DNA of 32,785 nucleotides from Perkinsus olseni (Eukaryota): NCBI GenBank assembly GCA_013115125.1, contig JABANN010000396.1, positions 1 to 32,785 of the forward strand, read 5' to 3'. Shown piece by piece: positions 22,003 to 32,136 of this stretch (position 1 is its first letter; each line of letters starts with the position of its first letter). The notes under the pieces were generated by a model. It saw only the letters and a program-made list of their open reading frames with translations, ran no database searches and was not told where the DNA came from. The position numbers and the translations under genes were made by a program.

Positions 22003-25000
22003 ATGTCTACTCGCCCTCCTTTCACCCTCTACGGCTCCAACGCAAGTCCATATAGTTGCAAAATGCGAGCTTTGATGAGGTACCACCACTTGCCTTCTGG
22101 TCAACGTAAAATTCGCGTCACAGATACAGACGCCTCCACTTCACGTGGGTCCCTCTCAACCCGATGGAAATGGCGAGCCACCCTAATCCGAATATCCGGG
22201 CTCTTAAGGTCAGCGAGTTTTAGAAGAAGTCGTGAGTAATCACTTGCAGGCGAAAGTGATTCCGGTCTTGGAATGGCCTGACGGCAGAGTTCTCAACGAT
22301 TCGACGGTCATCATCGATGCGCTCGAAGCAGAGTGGGTGCCGGTGGGTCGCCAGCCCGTGCAGGTCAATTGTTTCAGATTCCGTGATGGTCGCACAGTGG
22401 TGCCTCCAACAGGTCCTGCTCGATTTTTAGCGAAATTGTTGGAAGACTTTTTCGATGAATGGTTCATGAAAGCGATGTTCAATCGAAGATGGTGATCACA
22501 GACTTCGCCTGGAATTGGTCGCGTCGCGCGACCATTGGCACTATTCGTGTCTCCTGAGTCAGGAGACACGAATAGTGCCAATCAGGAGTCCTGACACGAA
22601 AACGGTAACGGGACAGTAGCTTGAGCCATCCACTAGTCAGGTCCTCCGAGGTTGATCGAGACTGGTCCGGCCGGTGGATCATATCCGACCAGCTCATGTC
22701 AGCTCCTGGGTTGGTCACTCTGCCCAGCTCATCCCAGACAAGTGGTTTGATCAAGTTTTTCCGGGACAGGCAGGTGAGTTGGATGTTTTTCCTGATGGCG
22801 TGCCGTAGCTGCCGACCACTCGCATCTCCGGACCATGGCTTCGTTGCATCTTCAGGTTGGTAGATTAGCTCTAGTCGGATGCGAGGACGACAAGCTGTGG
22901 CAGCACGTGATGTATGAAGTCGTTGGAGCTCTTAACATGCAGTTGAAGAGCGGTGAGTTACCTCGCTCGGACTGTATGATTGCTCCCTCGGGAGGTTTGT
23001 TTGTTTTTGACCATGTGGCCGCTGTTCCTCGTAAAATCACCTCGGGCGGGGCTCGAACCCACGACCACGGGCTTAAAAGGCACGCGCTCTACCGACTGAG
23101 CTAGGCTAGGGGGAAAAGCTCCTGAAAGGAGGGGGGAAAAGGGGAGAAGAAAAAAGGAGGAGAAAAGGGAAGAAAAAGGAAGAGAAAAGGAAGAGAAAAG
23201 GAAGAAGGGGAGGGAGAGAAGGGAAGAGAGAGAAGGAAAGAGAGAGAAAATGAAAGGAAGAGAGAGAACCCAGCCAAAACTATACCGACCCCACGGCTCT
23301 CATCAACACGGCACTCAGCGGACGTGAACCACAGCGTGCACATGCTCGAAAAAGAGATATTATTCCTCCATTTTTTGCTTCTGTTTTCTTCTCTCTCTCT
23401 TCGCCCGCTCAGTCTCTCTCGTCCTCTCTTTCTTCTGAATCTCATAATCCCGTAGGAGAGCCTCATCGTCAGCGTAAGGGCAGAAGTAGACTCCGCGCCC
23501 AATGAACCGATGTGGTACGCCATTATCAGTACTTTGCCAAAGCTTCGAACAGATAGTACAGATCTTCTTTCTCCTGTTCTCGGCGCAGGAAGGGTCATCC
23601 GCGGATAGACCCAACTCCGTCAACCGTTGCTTAGCGCGATCCCGGCGTTCGCTTACCCCTTCCTTCTCGTCGACTCGCTGCTGACGTGCTGCCTTCGTGC
23701 GAACGGCAGGAGCCTTCGGACATACGCCGTAGCGCCATGCCCGAGCCGTATACGTGTGCGAGTTTTTCCCGTATGCCAGCGGTAGTTTGCAGAACGGACA
23801 AACATAGCGGGACGTCTCTGCAGGAGTTGGATTCGGCTGGGCAGCAGATCCGCCGAGCTCCTTCTGCTCGCCTGCACCCTTTTTCTTGATGGCGATCTCG
23901 GTACAGCGCTCCTCCATCCTCATCTTGTCAGTGATAACTGGTGGTCCCTCTGATATGACAGATTCAAGCCTCGGAATTTGTGCCTCCGCTGTGGATTGGA
24001 AGCATGCCTCAGCGGAGACGATGGGATTCGCAATTGTCGAAGCCGCTTGATTTATTGAGTCCGCACAGGCTGCAGTGTAATCTCCTACCTCGTATGGAGT
24101 GTTCGCGTATTTGAGTTGGTGTCGGATCCACCGATCAGCCTGGCCATACGCTACATCCAACAGTGGCTCGGAGCTGGGGTAGAGCTCGCGTAGTCGACCC
24201 AGTCTCCATGACTTGTAGGTCCCCAAACACTTACGAACCAGGGCTGTTCCTGCATACTTGATGCTGTTGTCTGCCAGAATCTCAACCCATTTAGCCTCCA
24301 TTGCCGAGTTGAAGTCTGGGGGGATACACGAGGGTGCCGTAGGCTGAAGGAGAGACTTCTTCTTCGATAGATTACGGCGCTGTCCAGGCGGAATGCCTTC
24401 GAAGAGATCTCCAGAAACTGCCTTTATCTGAGCTTCCGGGGAGGGACAGGATGGGAGCTGATCCTCTGTCGGAGTGCCGCGTTTGGAACCTTCGGAAGCC
24501 TTACCGCGTACGCATCTCCTCTTCGGGGGCCTCTGGGTCGCCTTCTCCTGACCCTCGTCTTGTGTGGCGGGTCCCCCCGCTTCAGATATGATGCGGTCGC
24601 ACGATCCTACCTCCTCTGCCAAGCACTCGGGTTGCTCAGATCTCTCGTCTATGACACCAAAGTCAGCATATTGACTGCCATCCCAGAACCCGGACTTCAC
24701 CGGGTCGGAAACCTCGTCGGGTTCCTCGAGTGGGTCTTCGATCTTGAGAATATCAGAGTTGTCAACATCGATCTCCTCCGGAACCTCGAGAGATGATCCG
24801 GCGATGGCCTCTGCATATTCGAATCCGACGAGTGGGAGCTCCGACTCCTCAGTTTCCGGCGCCAATGACCACCCATTAAAGAGTTCAGCGACGCCCATGA
24901 TCTCGACTTCAAGTGGAGACAAGTGTTCTGGGGGACAGCGCAACCCCAGGCTCTCGATTCGCCGCCTGTTGAACCTCATGAGGAACCACTGGAGTCTGAT

Positions 25001-26760
25001 GGTGTATAGCAGCATGCCAACGCGCGTAGTTGGGGCCATCAGCCGTGATAATGATGAATGTAACGACTCGCAGCGTGAGGAGCCTCTCTGGCTCCGTACT
25101 TGGTCTAAAAGTACCCCGCTTGCCCTAAAATTGACCTTGGAGACCGTGACGAATGGAGACTTGACTTTCGCCCCCCTCTCTTCAGTGGAGTGCTCTTCTT
25201 CGTCAGTAACTGCGGGGGAACTCTTTCCTGGCCTGTTTCTTGTTCATACCTTCATTGCTATCTTCATTGTTATCCTCATTGCTCCCTTCATCCCCAACAC
25301 AATTATTGAGTATATGTATGAGTTGTTGTCTCAGGCATCTCAGAAACGGGGTTGTAATGAGCCTCGCTCCAACCTCGGCTGGCATCAAGCCTTCCGTTGA
25401 CTGGTGGCTCCGCTCCAGGGCGGCGATGGCTTCATCGTCCCTTTTCATATGGGATTTCACAGCATCGACGAGCCTGAAGGAAAGCACTGAAACTAAGCAC
25501 TGAAGCAAGCAGAGCACTGAAGCAAGGGATCTACATCAAGGATGCTCACCTTCGAGCAGTGTCCGCATTCCCTATGATGACCGTTCGTACGAATTTGGAG
25601 AGTTCATGCTTTGTGGGCTTACCACTGAGCCCAGCTTTTTCACGCGCGTACATGAGGCGGGAGTAATCTACAGAGGACTGCTGGTACAGGCTATCGGCCA
25701 TATCTCGGAGTAGCTGACGCCGGCGGGGATGCTGAATGTGGCAGCATCTCCCGAGCCTCATCAAGAGGTGTAGGCCATCTAAGGCGCATCTTTTGAAGAG
25801 AGCTTTCCAATGCCCAGGTTTAGGCTTGACCTGGCCGCCGAGGCGACCATTACAGCATCCACAGTCGGTGTAGAGGGACCACAGGCTGCGCAGGAAAATG
25901 GAATATTTCCTGAGCTATTGGAACCCGAAGCTGATGATATTTTTGTACTATGTATGCAGTGCTCCACCTTACTCAGGTGACGCGTGCCGTTTCCTCCTCG
26001 GGCCGCGCCCGACGTGCGCTGATTTCGCGCTCTATGGCGTCCTCAAGCAATTGTCGCTCGATCACACCGCTGGACGCTTCATCCAGGATCACTTCGATGC
26101 CGGTGAGTTGGGCCCCTCTCCAACTACCAAGACTGGATTGAATCATCGATTTGATAGCATACGGCTGGGTTCTGGCGATGGACGATTTGAGCGGCCTCGA
26201 GACGCATACTGACTGGAAATCCCTCCATATGGATACACCCGCAGTGGAGAAGGTGAGACTGAAGAAGCTCTTCTACTCGTTCGCAAGGCACCTGCCTCTG
26301 CCACTTTGAGCCTGCCTTCGTCAGAAAACGCCACAACAATGTTGAGTGACGTTCTCTTCTATCGTGGGCGAATACTGGATTTGCCTCATATGCAGTATTG
26401 CCGCTCCACCCAACAAATTCATCAATATTCTTTCTTGTCCTCAGATTCTGAAGCTCATCTCTGCGATGTACATGCCCTACCTTATCGCGAACGCTAAAGC
26501 AACTCGGAGGGAACAGGTTGAAGTTGAGTTCCATCTCGATGATGGTCAAACATTCCGTCACAAGGAAAAGTTCGGCCCCTACCAGAAGAAGTGCTTGGAT
26601 GTGAGAGAAAGTGTTTTCTGACAGCACATTAGAACTTTCGCTTTCTCAGGATCTGAAACATCACTACGAGCAACTGACCGCCTCTCAACGTCGTGAAATA
26701 ACAACGCTCGCGGGACCTCACATTGGCCGCTGCCTCGATGGAAGTGGTTCGAAGCTCTGA
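22003..26760 (+). CDS. Glutathione S-transferase-family protein (GST N- and C-domains), 10 exons, C-terminal PTS1 (-SKL)
   Basis: Exons 22003-22079, 22124-22208, 22250-22332, 22378-22491, 22641-22773, 22856-22952, 25977-26102, 26158-26252, 26445-26600 and 26650-26760, all GT-AG and phase-consistent. Motifs: LYGSNASPYSCKMRALMRYRR, KVIPVLEWPDGRVLNDSTVIIDALE, LLEDFFDEWFMKAMFNRRW, FLLGPRPTCADFALYG, YMPYLIANAKA, PYQKKCL, ending GSGSKL*. Confidence 0.92.
22516..22594. repeat. Palindrome cluster in GST intron 4
   Basis: TGGTCGCG-TCG-CGCGACCA (22516-22534); perfect 24-bp arms ATTGGCACTATTCGTGTCTCCTGA-G-TCAGGAGACACGAATAGTGCCAAT (22534-22582); then TCAGGA-G-TCCTGA. Confidence 0.92.
23038..23103 (-). 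tRNA. tRNA-Lys(TTT) positions 8-73; 5' acceptor strand displaced by transposon insertion (disrupted)
   Basis: TAGCTCAGTCGGTAGAGCG CGTGC CT TTT AA GCCCG TGGTC GTGGG TTCGAGC CCCGC CCGAGGT G, followed by A-TTTT. The adjacent 7 nt (CCTAGCC) cannot pair with CCGAGGT. Confidence 0.9.
23108..23270 (+). repeat. Polypurine (GA-rich) low-complexity tract in the Dada 3' flank
   Basis: Almost pure A/G run (GGAAGAGAAAA-type units) between the transposase stop and the tRNA junction. Confidence 0.9.
23360..25885 (-). CDS. Dada-type DDE transposase, 5'-truncated; three exons, about 800 open codons
   Basis: Exons 25885-25550, 25473-25250 and 25209-23360 (introns 76 and 40 nt, GT-AG, phase-consistent). Motifs: LYTDCGCC (second D), CALDGLHLLMRLGRCCHIQHP (DxxH), HILNNCVGD, RSQRGSSRCESLHSSLSRL (E), WFLMRFNRRR, and two C-terminal CCHC-like fingers (CPFC..H..CP; CTIC..H..FCP). 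The first catalytic D and N-terminus are absent. Confidence 0.85.
25925..25931 (-). tRNA. Candidate 5' acceptor strand (positions 1-7) of the split tRNA-Lys
   Basis: GCTTCGG pairs with CCGAGGT (5 Watson-Crick + 2 G-U). It is preceded by TCATCA, the same 6 nt that precede tRNA-Ser at 7608. Joined to 23103-23038 it gives a 73-nt tRNA. Confidence 0.6.
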
Positions 26761-27054
26761 GTGTCTCAATCCGAGTGCGAACGATAATTTTTCTCATTCG
26801 ATAAAAACAGTAGGGACGAAATCATCGCATGATTTCAATCAGTGACTACTACTAATCTAAGTATTGTCCATCACACCTACCGCCGTCTAACCGTAGACAG
26901 ATCCAAAGGTCGTATATCCCCGAGACTAAGATTCAGACGAGACATTATGGAGCACAGGCTAGCGCTTTGTGTGTTACGCTAGAGCCAGCCGGCGCTTCTA
27001 AAGCTAGCATTGCCAATAAACGTCCCCTGCTGATCATCTCTCTCAAGTTCGAAC

Positions 27055-27621
27055 ATGTCTATCGAAACTCACTCAACCGAATGCGAGTACTTCGGTGGCC
27101 ACCACGCTTACGAGGGTGTTCACTACGACAAAATGGATCCTCCCACTACCCAGGAGGTCGCCGAGTTCTCCAAGAAGTTGCGTGAGGTGGCGATTCACAG
27201 CGTTGGTGGTACCCATGCTGATCTCATCGTTGCATCAGATCTACTGCGTTCTGCCCTACTCGATCTCGCCGCTACCAAAAAGAACTTCGGTGTGGTTACG
27301 ATGGACAATCTACTTGGCGATGACACGTCCCGTACGATTGATATGATGAAGACCGTTAACGAAGAGAGTGTCATGAACGCCCTCAACCAGTTGGTGGAGG
27401 AGTTGAAGATCCCCAAACCGTCGATGTTCTACACTCCTACTAACCATCCCGCTGTTCACTTCGAGTCCTCTGGTGTCGGGTTCTGTACCGAATGCTTGAA
27501 AAAGAAGGTCGCTATAATGGAGATCCCCTGCGGCAAGGAGTACGGTGGCAAGGCTTACTTGTGTGAGGAGTGTTACAGCAAACGTGATGACACCGGGCCT
27601 CTTTTCAAAATTGAATACTAA
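27055..27621 (+). CDS. Intronless 188-aa hypothetical protein with a C-terminal CxxC...CxxC putative zinc-binding motif
   Basis: Uninterrupted ORF with FCTEC...LCEEC, followed by an AT-rich 3' region. Differences from the partial paralog at 29787 include several synonymous ones. Confidence 0.75.
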   Translation: MSIETHSTECEYFGGHHAYEGVHYDKMDPPTTQEVAEFSKKLREVAIHSVGGTHADLIVASDLLRSALLDLAATKKNFGVVTMDNLLGDDTSRTIDMMKTVNEESVMNALNQLVEELKIPKPSMFYTPTNHPAVHFESSGVGFCTECLKKKVAIMEIPCGKEYGGKAYLCEECYSKRDDTGPLFKIEY

Positions 27622-28170
27622 TAATTATCATTTACCTTCAATTGTCTCGATAGTAGGTATTCTTTTTTTCATTTATATTCCTTATAACGATAAATCTGCG
27701 TAACCTTGAGGTGTTGTGTTGTTACTGTCTCCTGTAGCCGTTCGGGACTATCGCAAACACAACAACGGCGGAGATCTTCGAAACGATAAGAATACTAACT
27801 CGATGGGGATTTGCTAACAACAAACACTCCTAGGAGGGCCTAGCTCGTATTACGAATGATGTCTCCGAATGGTTCAACAGGAAAATCAGCAGATTCAGCA
27901 GCGACTAAGCCAGTTGGACGAAAAGGGACCTCATCCGACCGAGGGGATGTTACAACGCATAACAGATACTCGACAATATACGGCCGCTGTCTGGACGTAC
28001 CAAAGGGACACCATCGTTATTAGACGCAATAACGGCGATAGCAACAACGCCATGAATATACAAAAACGAAATCGTAGCGCGACTGCTCGACTCCAACTCG
28101 CGGTCTCCAAGCCACGAGGACGGCCAGTGGGTGATGACAAATCGATCGTTATGAAAAATAAGAGAGCTTC

Positions 28171-29786
28171 TCACAGTATCGGGTCGAACTCTGCCCAGGA
28201 GGCAACATCGGAGGAGTCACAGGAGCTGCTATCCGTGTCACCGTCATCACCGGCCCGACTGCCGGGGACGACACCTGAGTTCTCGATCACCACAACCGTG
28301 CGGCGATTCTCGCTACGGAGTGACCCATCGACAACCAGATAGACGTCGAATAACCTGGGAGGGACAGCGCTGAGGAAATGCAAGATTGCAAGATCTTCCT
28401 TACCCGTCCTGTGTCCGTCGAAGCAAGCTTTTGACTTGCGCCTCAGTGAGAGTGAACTGAATGACGCCTTCCTTATGATCAATGAAAAGTGCCTTCCCCG
28501 ACAGCCAGCAGGAATTCCCAGAGTCCATCTGGGATACCAAAACTACTGAGTAGTCTAAGCTCCGTCGTAGTGGCCTGAAGCGACGGAAATAGCATGGCGC
28601 TTGAAACTAGACGCCCTACGTTGAGACCAGCGTCGCTAGTCTTCCGGGCGATACGCTGTGAGGGGCCAGCGACTTCAGCCGAATACCAGCGCCCTGCGAG
28701 CCTCCCGTGTAGACGTCCATCTCGGCAGGCGGCGTCTTAGGCACCGTACACATCCGCAGCTGGCACTGACCCGTCTGAGAAAATGCATGCGAAAAGACTC
28801 ATACCACACCTTGCCCAACTCACCGGTGATAAAGCGGACACTAACATTCTCTTATCGCATCGAATCTTCTGGTTGTCCCTGACCCAATGCGTTTCCGAGA
28901 GCCCGAGGCCGCAGTTCTGCTGCAGGGCGTCTTCCAAGTCATCGTAAAGTTGATCGATCGAACTCTCACTTCCCAGGGGAATGTCGAACCTAAGCCAGTA
29001 GGGTCTCCCTCAGTGATGAGGAGAAGAGCATGTTACTTGGACATCAGCTCGCCGGTGATACCACTGTGAAGGAAGACTGAGAGAGACTTATCGCTGTTGT
29101 CCAGCAGTAGGGGGTCGAAGTCGGCACTCTGCCAATCCGAGCCTGAGAGTTGGTGATGGAGTGGTATGAGGAAATGGGAATAATCATTCTTACCCACGGA
29201 TGAGGCCGGAGAGTAGCCTATCGAGCTCCCTGCTTGACTAACGATCTCAGATAGTAACTCGTCGCATTTCTGATGAAAAAAATGACAAACCGTCATCAGC
29301 CTCCCTCAGATACCTCGTCCGAGAGAGGCTCGTCATTATCCGGATCGAACTCGATCGCAGAGGCGGAGTCGTCCTGGTCTATTCCGGAATCATCATCCTC
29401 GCCATACCAACCACACGGCGTCTCATCGATACTCTCGCTCCTATGGGAGCCTCGTCGTTGATCAACCTGAAGACCCCCGTGCTCTTCCCCCGCACAGGTT
29501 CGATCCCCGCTCTCACCAAAATTTGCAAAGAATCGCTCTCGCTGCCCAGTCGCGAAGGGACCGGGGAAAATGCGGCCGGTGACGGGCACGACTGAGAAAA
29601 AAATTTAAAAAGAATCTTACGCATCCGTGAAATACCTGCATCAACGTATGATACTTCAAGAGAACATCAGGAGCGCAGTTTGGCAGCGGTGGGGAGGTTG
29701 GCGGCGACTCCTGTGGTTCGTACGACACCTCGCTCCCGACCGCCCGAATAGAGGCACCAGCAGGAGGAGGGGGTCCAACCTGCGAG
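28171..29786 (-). CDS. Hypothetical multi-exon gene fragment with acidic/Ser-rich segments, apparently cut at 29787 by the duplicated block
   Basis: Exon-like pieces: GEDDDSGIDQDDSASAIEFDPDNDEPLSDEVSE; KCDELLSEIVSQAGSS; SDWQSADFDPLLLDNSDKSLSVFL; EDALQQNCGLGLSETHWVRDNQKIRCDKRM. No family recognised. Confidence 0.3.
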
Positions 29787-30027
29787 AAGAACTTCGGTGT
29801 GGTTACAATGGAGAATCTACTTGGCGATGACACGTCCCGTGCGATTGATATGATGAAGACAGTTAACGAAGAGAGTGTTATGAACGCCCTCAACCAGTTG
29901 GTGGAGGAGTTGAAGATCCCCAAACCGTCGATGTCCTACACTCCTACTAACCATCCCGCTGTCCACTTCGAGTCCTCTGGTGTCGGGTTCTGTACCGAAT
30001 GCTTGAAGAAGAAGGTCGCTATAATGG
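29787..30027 (+). pseudogene. 241-bp partial duplicate of the 27055-27621 gene (copy of 27280-27520)
   Basis: Near-identical (KNFGVVTMENLLGDDTSRAIDMMK...CTECLKKKVAIM). Lacks both termini and ends next to a family-B TIR motif. Confidence 0.9.
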
Positions 30028-32042
30028 TAATTTCGCGCGCCACGAAATTGTTCAAGTTATAGTCTACCATCATTCACACCGAGGAGCCCGACTATTACAC
30101 TCTGAGTATGCAGGATGTCTCGCTTCTCCGATCCCAACTGCTCCTCATCCTCAAGTAGCTTCACCGACACCTACACAGTCGCCTGAGTAACAGCATCGGC
30201 AAGGATTGGGACTCACCACTCGTCTCGGATGCTCATCAATCTTCCCTCCATTGGGAGATGCTCCTGTCGCTGTTGTGGCCGGGGTAGGGCAACAACACTC
30301 GGGACTCTGAAAGGCAGATTTTGGCAGCAGATTCCGAAACCTCGAAACTACATTTTTTCTCAATCTAAGATTTTATACGTGTATCATGCAAGACTAAACG
30401 ATGACCAGGGTAGTTCTGCAGTCGCTACTGACCATTCTACTCCCACGAGATGGGCGGTGAACTACCCGGCTCAGTGCTGTCGCCATGGTACTGAGCTGAG
30501 TAGTGTCACGGCCTAGCAGTTCACTTTCGATTCGCCTCATCAGATGAGTTCAGCCCCTCCGGACTGGTGAGCGCGCGTGGAAAGTACGAATTTCGTCATT
30601 CGGAGAGAACAGTCACGGCGCGGCCTTCGACTGAGTTGTTGTTGCTTACCGGTAGAATGGTGCCCGTAGAGCTCTCAACCGTACTCATCGTTTGCAGAGC
30701 ATTCGCAGCAGTCCCCTTCCTGGGAGTACTCATCCCCAGCATTTTCCTCACCTAAGAAGATTATATTGAAGACAGCGGAGCGAAGCAAAATTACATCATC
30801 AGGATCTTCTCCTAAAGACAGTAATACTGCAGCTAAGTGCACAGTAACTGCATCGCCCTCCCGAGGCGTCGCGACATGGTCTCCATTGTCCGTAGCCTGA
30901 GAATCAACAATCGAGAACTCCAGACTACTATGACCCTGAAGGGAAAAGGTCAGGGTGTTGTGGGCGTCTTCGGACGAAGACATCATAGTATGGAAAATTG
31001 GACGGGGCGACCAGGCTGCCTCGCCTAACCTAGAGAATTCTCCCATTGAAGAAAGGAAAATAATTTCCAATTTAACTTTTCTTAATTCACAGTTCTGCAA
31101 ATTTTTCTTTTCTAATTTCTGATAGAGAATGATATCGGAGCCAAGACATATCATTCAAGTGTCATGCTCATCGACGTCGTGGTGAATCATCATTGCGATT
31201 TTTACGGGAGCCCCTGCTGCTGCCACGACCAGTACTACCGTCCGCTGTCGTTGACGTTGTAAAGCTTCCATTAGCATCGCTTTAGCCTTCTTCAACTGCC
31301 TCTCCCGTCGGAACTTCTCCTTAGTAACGGATGCTTCTTGCACCTGGTGGACCACTGTACGGCACATTAACGATGGCCAGGGGCCTACACAGGCAATCCC
31401 TTTGTGAATGAGCTCATCTTCAGTCATGGACTCGAAAGCAGGGGGAGATCTGCTCCTGATGAGACAGTGCAGTTCACGATGATGGCAACGGCGCTGTACG
31501 AACGTCTCAGGAGTTTTTCCCAAACGCCAAAATCGACTTAACAAATCGTGAATTGCGATGGGAAAGACATTGAAGAGTTACGAGATGCTGTTCTCGCTCT
31601 TGACAGCGTACGCAGATTGTCCAGTTGAGTGAGTAACTAATGTAACTGTAACGATCTTGTGAACAGAAACGCCAGTGTGACGATAGGCCTTCCAGGAGAA
31701 GGAGCGGGAATCGCGTCATTCGGCAACCAAGTCGAACACACACAATGCTTTTACAGTTTCACACAAGAGCAGTGCGGCAGTTATTCGGTATGCTCCAAGA
31801 GGCTACAGTTACCACCACCATCATCGCCAAGTATCCCATAACTGCAGGGCGTCCCACGATTACCACCACACAAATTCACACCTACTGCGATTAGGCTTCG
31901 ACAAGAGAGTAATTGCCATAATTGCTCCGTGGCGACCATATTCCACCGTGAGAGGAAGTCACGATGTAGGGACCGAGTCTGGTGCAACGACGACGGTTGC
32001 ATCAGATTCAGCTTGAACAGGAGATAATTAATTCTGCATTCT

Positions 32043-32136
32043 GTAATTCTGAAACTCGGATCGATGCCCAAATTGATTTTTACGCGTGAATGTATGATGC
32101 GGTTCCAGAATCGAATCTGGTGAGTTTCACAAGTGG
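32043..32136. mobile_element. MITE-like dispersed repeat, family A copy
   Basis: GTAATTCTGAAACTCGGATCGA...ATGCGGTTCCAGAATCGAATCTGGTGAGTTTCACAAGTGG. The reverse complement aligns with 6504-6582. Confidence 0.65.

Larger units (their letters stand above)
23104..25924 (-). mobile_element. Dada-superfamily DNA transposon inserted in tRNA-Lys; N-terminal region deleted, likely non-autonomous
   Basis: Carries the Dada-type transposase below. One end abuts U8 (TAGCTCAG) of the tRNA. At the other end GCTTCGG (25931-25925) complements the orphaned 3' acceptor strand. No long TIRs; only an imperfect subterminal inverted match, AATAGCTCAGGAAA versus AAAAGCTCCTGAAA (11/14). Confidence 0.85.

Noticed and set aside
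23101-23598. 165-aa ORF with an F/S/L/P-rich hydrophobic tail
   Set aside because: Translation of the polypyrimidine strand of the GA tract, overlapping the transposase in another frame.
24744-25400. 218-aa plus-strand ORF
   Set aside because: Antisense shadow of the transposase exons, with no motifs.
27028-27048. Possible relict spliced leader (..CATCTCTCTCAAG) before the intronless gene
   Set aside because: Only about 12/21 identity to the Perkinsus-type SL as I recall it. Equally explained as a pyrimidine tract plus AG acceptor.
30675-32071. Minus-strand ORFs (159, 129 and 96 aa) as a transposase or other known gene
   Set aside because: No catalytic or family motifs were recognised and no consistent exon chain could be built.
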